From: Patescibacteria group bacterium
GTDB lineage: Bacteria > Patescibacteriota > Minisyncoccia > Phycocordibacterales > SBAW01
DNA: 64,000 nucleotides
Assembly (NCBI GenBank): GCA_016176685.1
Contig: JACOWS010000001.1
Location: 11,577-75,576 of the forward strand
Reading direction: 5' to 3'
Shown here: piece after piece, positions 61,151 through 64,000 of the stretch
Layout of the letters: every line of letters begins with the position of its first letter
How positions within the stretch are numbered: the first letter of the stretch is position 1
Notes under the pieces: generated by a model
What the model saw: the letters and a program-made list of their open reading frames with translations, nothing else
What the model was told of the DNA's origin: nothing
The model's database searches: none
Made by a program: the position numbers and the translations under genes

Positions 61151-61203
61151 ACTTCACAAAATAACTGTTACAACGAAGCGTCTCGGTCTATCTCACTACC
61201 ATG

Positions 61204-61275
61204 TGCCCCCGCGAGGAATCGAACCTCGATCTAGAGCTTAGAAGTCTCCTGTTCTGTCCGTTGAACTACAGGGGC
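61204..61275 (-). tRNA. tRNA, probable Arg (TCT)
   Basis: rc: GCCCCTG-TA-GTTC-AACGGACA-GAAC-A-GGAGA-CTTCTAA-GCTCT-AGAT-CGAGG-TTCGATT-CCTCG-CGGGGGC-A. The anticodon stem has one A-G mismatch, so isotype needs tRNAscan confirmation. Confidence 0.65.
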
Positions 61276-61901
61276 CTAGTCCATAGGCTTACGGCCGAGG
61301 GCAATAGGTGGAAGTGCACCATACCATAGTATACGGCTATTGCGAGAATGATAAGGGTAAACACTATAAGGTAGCGCTTCATAAGGGCGAGCGCCTGCAT
61401 GCCAAAGCGGTGCGTGAGATATACCACCAGCGAGATGCGCACCGCCCGCCCAACAAAAAACCCGACGATAAACGGCGGGAAAGAAACGCCCAAAAAGCCG
61501 GCGGCAAGTACCACCACCTTTTCCGGTATCAGAGAAAAGGCTATCAAAACCATGGTGAGAAACACCTTGTCTTGAAATAGCGCCTGCGTGCGCTCAAAAA
61601 CCTCGCCTAAGTGATAAAAATTGATGAGCGGCAGGCCGAGCTGGTTAAACAGTAAAAGCCCGACCAAGTAGCCGAGCCCCGCGCCTAAAACCGAAAACGG
61701 TATGGCAGTTGCAAGGTAGGTTTTCCACCGCGCGGGGTGCGCCAAGACAAGCGCGGTGAGGTAAATTTCCGGCGCAATGGGAAAAAAAATAGGGTCAGTG
61801 ATGGCGCAAAACGCCAACCAAAAAACAGCGTGCGGCCCCTGCGCAAGCAAAATAAACTTCTGCCACTGCACTTCCCACCACGCGAGTAGCCGCAGGCGCA
61901 T
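61266..61901 (-). CDS. DedA/YqaA-family (VTT domain) membrane protein
   Basis: 5-6 TM helices with the conserved segment FLGVSFPPFIVGFFVGRAVRISLVVYLTHRFG. The 3' end overlaps the tRNA 5' end by ~10 nt. Confidence 0.65.
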   Translation of the reverse strand: MRLRLLAWWEVQWQKFILLAQGPHAVFWLAFCAITDPIFFPIAPEIYLTALVLAHPARWKTYLATAIPFSVLGAGLGYLVGLLLFNQLGLPLINFYHLGEVFERTQALFQDKVFLTMVLIAFSLIPEKVVVLAAGFLGVSFPPFIVGFFVGRAVRISLVVYLTHRFGMQALALMKRYLIVFTLIILAIAVYYGMVHFHLLPSAVSLWTRPL

Positions 61902-61903
61902 AC

Positions 61904-62233
61904 CTAATGGGCGCGGCTCCCCGGCTCCCCTTTGGTCTCAAGCAATGCAAATGGCAACTCTCCGTCTCCGCCGACCGCAAGTATCATCGCCTGGCTCTCG
62001 AGCCCCATCATCTCTCGCGGTGATAAGTTGGTTATAAATGGGCACTTCTTCCCTACCAAAGTCTCCGGCTCAGGGAAATACTTGGCTATGCCCGAGAGCA
62101 CTTGGCGCTCTTCAGAGCCAAAATTTACACGCAATTTAAGGAGCTTGTCGCTCCCCTCTATTTTTTCGGCGCTCTTAATTTCGCCTATGCGGATTTCTAC
62201 CTTTTTAAGGTCGTCTATGCTAATTTGCTCCAT
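61904..62233 (-). CDS. tRNA-binding protein (CsaA/Trbp111/EMAP-II-like OB domain)
   Basis: IDDLKKVEIRIGEIKSAEKIEGSDKLLKLRVNFG...VLSGIAKYF matches the MetRS C-terminal-type tRNA-binding domain. Confidence 0.8.
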   Translation of the reverse strand: MEQISIDDLKKVEIRIGEIKSAEKIEGSDKLLKLRVNFGSEERQVLSGIAKYFPEPETLVGKKCPFITNLSPREMMGLESQAMILAVGGDGELPFALLETKGEPGSRAH

Positions 62234-62612
62234 GGTGTTTCATTTTGTCTAAATATGACTGCAAAATCAATGCGGCGGCGGATGCGTCGAGGCTTTTGCT
62301 CTCACCCTCCCGTGCAGCAGCGGCGCTGGTCATAAACTCCGGCTCGTATACCACCGGCACCTGTGCAAGCTCGGCGATGTCTTTTTTAAACTGCTCAATA
62401 TCTTCCATCAGCAAGTTTGGCTCGTTTTTAAAGTTGCGCGACTCACCAATGACGACGCTCTCCACCTTGTGTTTGCGCACAAGGTCGGAAACTTCCTGCA
62501 GCGCTTTGGGCCCCGCCGCTACAGTAGCAAGTGGAAAGGCAAGAACCCCCGTGTCGTCGGAAACGGCGACCCCGATGCGCTTGGTGCCGTAGTCTATACC
62601 TAAATATTTCAT
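62220..62612 (-). CDS. ruvX: Putative Holliday junction resolvase / pre-16S processing nuclease YqgF (RuvX)
   Basis: MKYLGIDYGTKRIGVAVSD N-terminus, with the RNase H-like fold. Confidence 0.85.
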   Translation of the reverse strand: MKYLGIDYGTKRIGVAVSDDTGVLAFPLATVAAGPKALQEVSDLVRKHKVESVVIGESRNFKNEPNLLMEDIEQFKKDIAELAQVPVVYEPEFMTSAAAAREGESKSLDASAAALILQSYLDKMKHHGAN

Positions 62613-62634
62613 GACGGTGACGATAGATTATTTA

Positions 62635-63057
62635 TTATGCATCCCAAAAATTCTTACCGGTTTTATGAGCTTCAAAGTATGTTGGAATCGTATTGAAAAG
62701 AGGTTCGGGCAATTTATCCATTTCGTACCAATCCCATCGTTCGATTTTGTCAGGCTCCATAATTTGCGGCTCGCCGCTTTTCCAATCAGCAATCAAACCA
62801 ATATCAACGTAGTGTTTTGGAGCGTAGTATTTCAAGTTAAGGAGACGTAAAAAGCGAATATTTTCAATCTCCATTCCTGTTTCTTCTTTAACTTCGCGTT
62901 TCGCACAACCTTCAAATGACTCCATATATTCCATGTGCCCACCCGGCCATGCATATTCGCCAGCACCATGTGAGCCCTTTCTTTTACCCAAAAGAACCTG
63001 GCCGTCTTTGACGATCATGACACCGATACCTACTTTTGGTCTTTGTTCTTGTTCCAT
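62635..63057 (-). CDS. NUDIX hydrolase
   Basis: Nudix box GGHMEYMESFEGCAKREVKEETGM (GX5EX7REUXEEXGU). Confidence 0.85.
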   Translation of the reverse strand: MEQEQRPKVGIGVMIVKDGQVLLGKRKGSHGAGEYAWPGGHMEYMESFEGCAKREVKEETGMEIENIRFLRLLNLKYYAPKHYVDIGLIADWKSGEPQIMEPDKIERWDWYEMDKLPEPLFNTIPTYFEAHKTGKNFWDA

Positions 63058-63145
63058 AGTTCGAACTCTTTCATGGTTCTTCTATTTTATCACTTTTTAA
63101 CTAAAGAAAAAATACTCCGAGAGGGATCACTTCTCGGAGTATTGC

Positions 63146-63634
63146 GTGTCTGCCACCAATATAGACAACCTCCCGTCTCTTTGTTATCGTGGGAGCGGAT
63201 TAGTCACTCGTGAGGAACAAAACATGGCTATGGGCAGGATGACTCTCACTGACTTCACAAGGTACCTCGTTTTCCTGTTGCAAAAGGACAATGCCGCGGT
63301 ACCGTGCAAAGACCAGCGTTTGTGGCACACACTGATGTATCAATTGAAAGAAGAAGCCGCCAACACCAGTGCACCGGCATGCGTGCAGGAGCTGTGGTTT
63401 GATTCTGACGATTCGTATCACAAATCGCCGGATGTCGCCCGCGTACTGCTGGCATTAAGTACCACAGGCGTGATTGAAGGTACCAGACAGCGGTACGAGG
63501 AGTGCAGATTGTCGGCTGTTGCAGCGGCAGCGCTGCAACGATACTTTTATGCTCTTGATGCGCCCACCAGGGAGTACCTGGAGGCGGCGGCTGTCAGGAC
63601 AAGAAAGAGGATCGAAGCGGCAAGCACTACGTAG
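63146..63634 (+). CDS. Hypothetical protein (start probably at MAMGRM ~63224)
   Basis: AGGAAC RBS before the internal ATG. No recognisable domain. Followed by a terminator. Confidence 0.45.
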   Translation: MSATNIDNLPSLCYRGSGLVTREEQNMAMGRMTLTDFTRYLVFLLQKDNAAVPCKDQRLWHTLMYQLKEEAANTSAPACVQELWFDSDDSYHKSPDVARVLLALSTTGVIEGTRQRYEECRLSAVAAAALQRYFYALDAPTREYLEAAAVRTRKRIEAASTT

Positions 63635-63683
63635 CCGCAACTTATGTTGAAATCACATTTTCAACCCGCGTCAAAGGCGCGGG

Positions 63684-63715
63684 TTTCTTGTTTTCATACA
63701 TAGTGATGTAACATA
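63684..63715 (+). terminator. Intrinsic terminator
   Basis: CCCGCG-TCAAAGG-CGCGGG followed by TTTCTTGTTTTC. Confidence 0.65.
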
Positions 63716-63725
63716 GCAACATGAG

Positions 63726-63810
63726 GGAGGGGTGGCAGAGAGGTCTAATGCACCGCACTTGAAATGCGGCGTACCGCAAGGTACCGTGAGTTCGAATCTC
63801 ACCCCCTCCG
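63726..63810 (+). tRNA. tRNA-Ser (TGA), long variable arm
   Basis: GGAGGGG-TG-GCAGAGAGGTCTAATGC-ACCGCA-CTTGAAA-TGCGGC-GTACCGCAAGGTACC-GTGAG-TTCGAAT-CTCAC-CCCCTCC-G. Confidence 0.85.
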
Positions 63811-63889
63811 CCTTCGCTCGCCGAAGCGGCGAGCTACGGCGGACACAGTCCGCCGTTAGCGAACCGCGAAGGAGAGATTCGCCAAAATT

Positions 63890-64000
63890 ATGTATTACGT
63901 CTACATTCTGAAATGCGCTGATGGAAAACCGTACACTGGTTGTACGGAAAACTTGGAAGAAAGATTAGAACGGCACAATAAAGGTTATGTTCCAGCTACA
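63890..64000 (+). CDS. GIY-YIG nuclease-family protein, N-terminal fragment (runs off window end)
   Basis: MYYVYILKCADGKPYTGCTENLEERLERHNKGYV is the classic GIY-YIG motif. Located immediately 3' of tRNA-Ser. Confidence 0.7.
   Translation, partial: MYYVYILKCADGKPYTGCTENLEERLERHNKGYVPAT

Overview
This 64-kb window comes from a moderately GC-rich bacterial genome and is dense with housekeeping genes, mostly on the minus strand. Several traits point to a Candidate Phyla Radiation (Parcubacteria-like) organism; this is inference from gene content, not a database result.

Those traits are: a 16S rRNA gene unlinked from the 23S-5S pair; an ORF-less group I-like intron in 23S; no rplA beside rplK or rplJ-rplL; a eukaryote/archaeal-type dimeric GlyRS and a type-2-like IleRS; giant Thr/Ser-rich surface proteins; and an IS200-like Y1 transposase with flanking palindromes.

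RNA genes. A partial 16S rRNA lies at 1-272 (-). The 23S rRNA spans ~10540-14175 (-) and carries a 615-nt insertion at the I-CreI-type site of domain V. A 5S rRNA sits at 10309-10433 (-). Five tRNAs are present: His(GTG) with an encoded G-1, Leu(GAG), Val(TAC), a probable Arg(TCT), and Ser(TGA).

Protein-coding content:
- Secretion: secDF, secE.
- Transcription/translation: nusG, rplK, rplJ-rplL with leader, rpsF-ssb-rpsR, rplS, efp.
- tRNA synthetases: metG, glyQS-type glyS, ileS, argS.
- DNA maintenance: recA, recO, ruvX, ftsK, tatD.
- Envelope: SEDS (RodA/FtsW), lnt, mscL.
- One-carbon/thymidylate metabolism: folD, glyA-tmk | dcd-thyA-folA.
- Polyamine synthesis: hss.
- Regulation: an ECF sigma factor with a putative anti-sigma partner, plus secreted and membrane hypotheticals.

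The most unusual observation is that IleRS carries a complete histidine-phosphatase (PGAM-like, RHG...SHG motifs) domain of ~200 aa inserted between the Rossmann-fold halves. Other items worth follow-up:
- the ORF-less rRNA intron;
- the RAYT/IS200-like element with CCAAGGG...CCCTTGG hairpins beside the rplJ leader;
- an orphan PaaX/Cas2-like protein;
- a ~420-nt structured non-coding region upstream of argS;
- a small strongly expressed ORF islet between two tRNAs with a tRNA-3'-end-like fragment;
- a sulfatase with no maturase nearby;
- a palindromic operator candidate between an HTH gene and ftsK.
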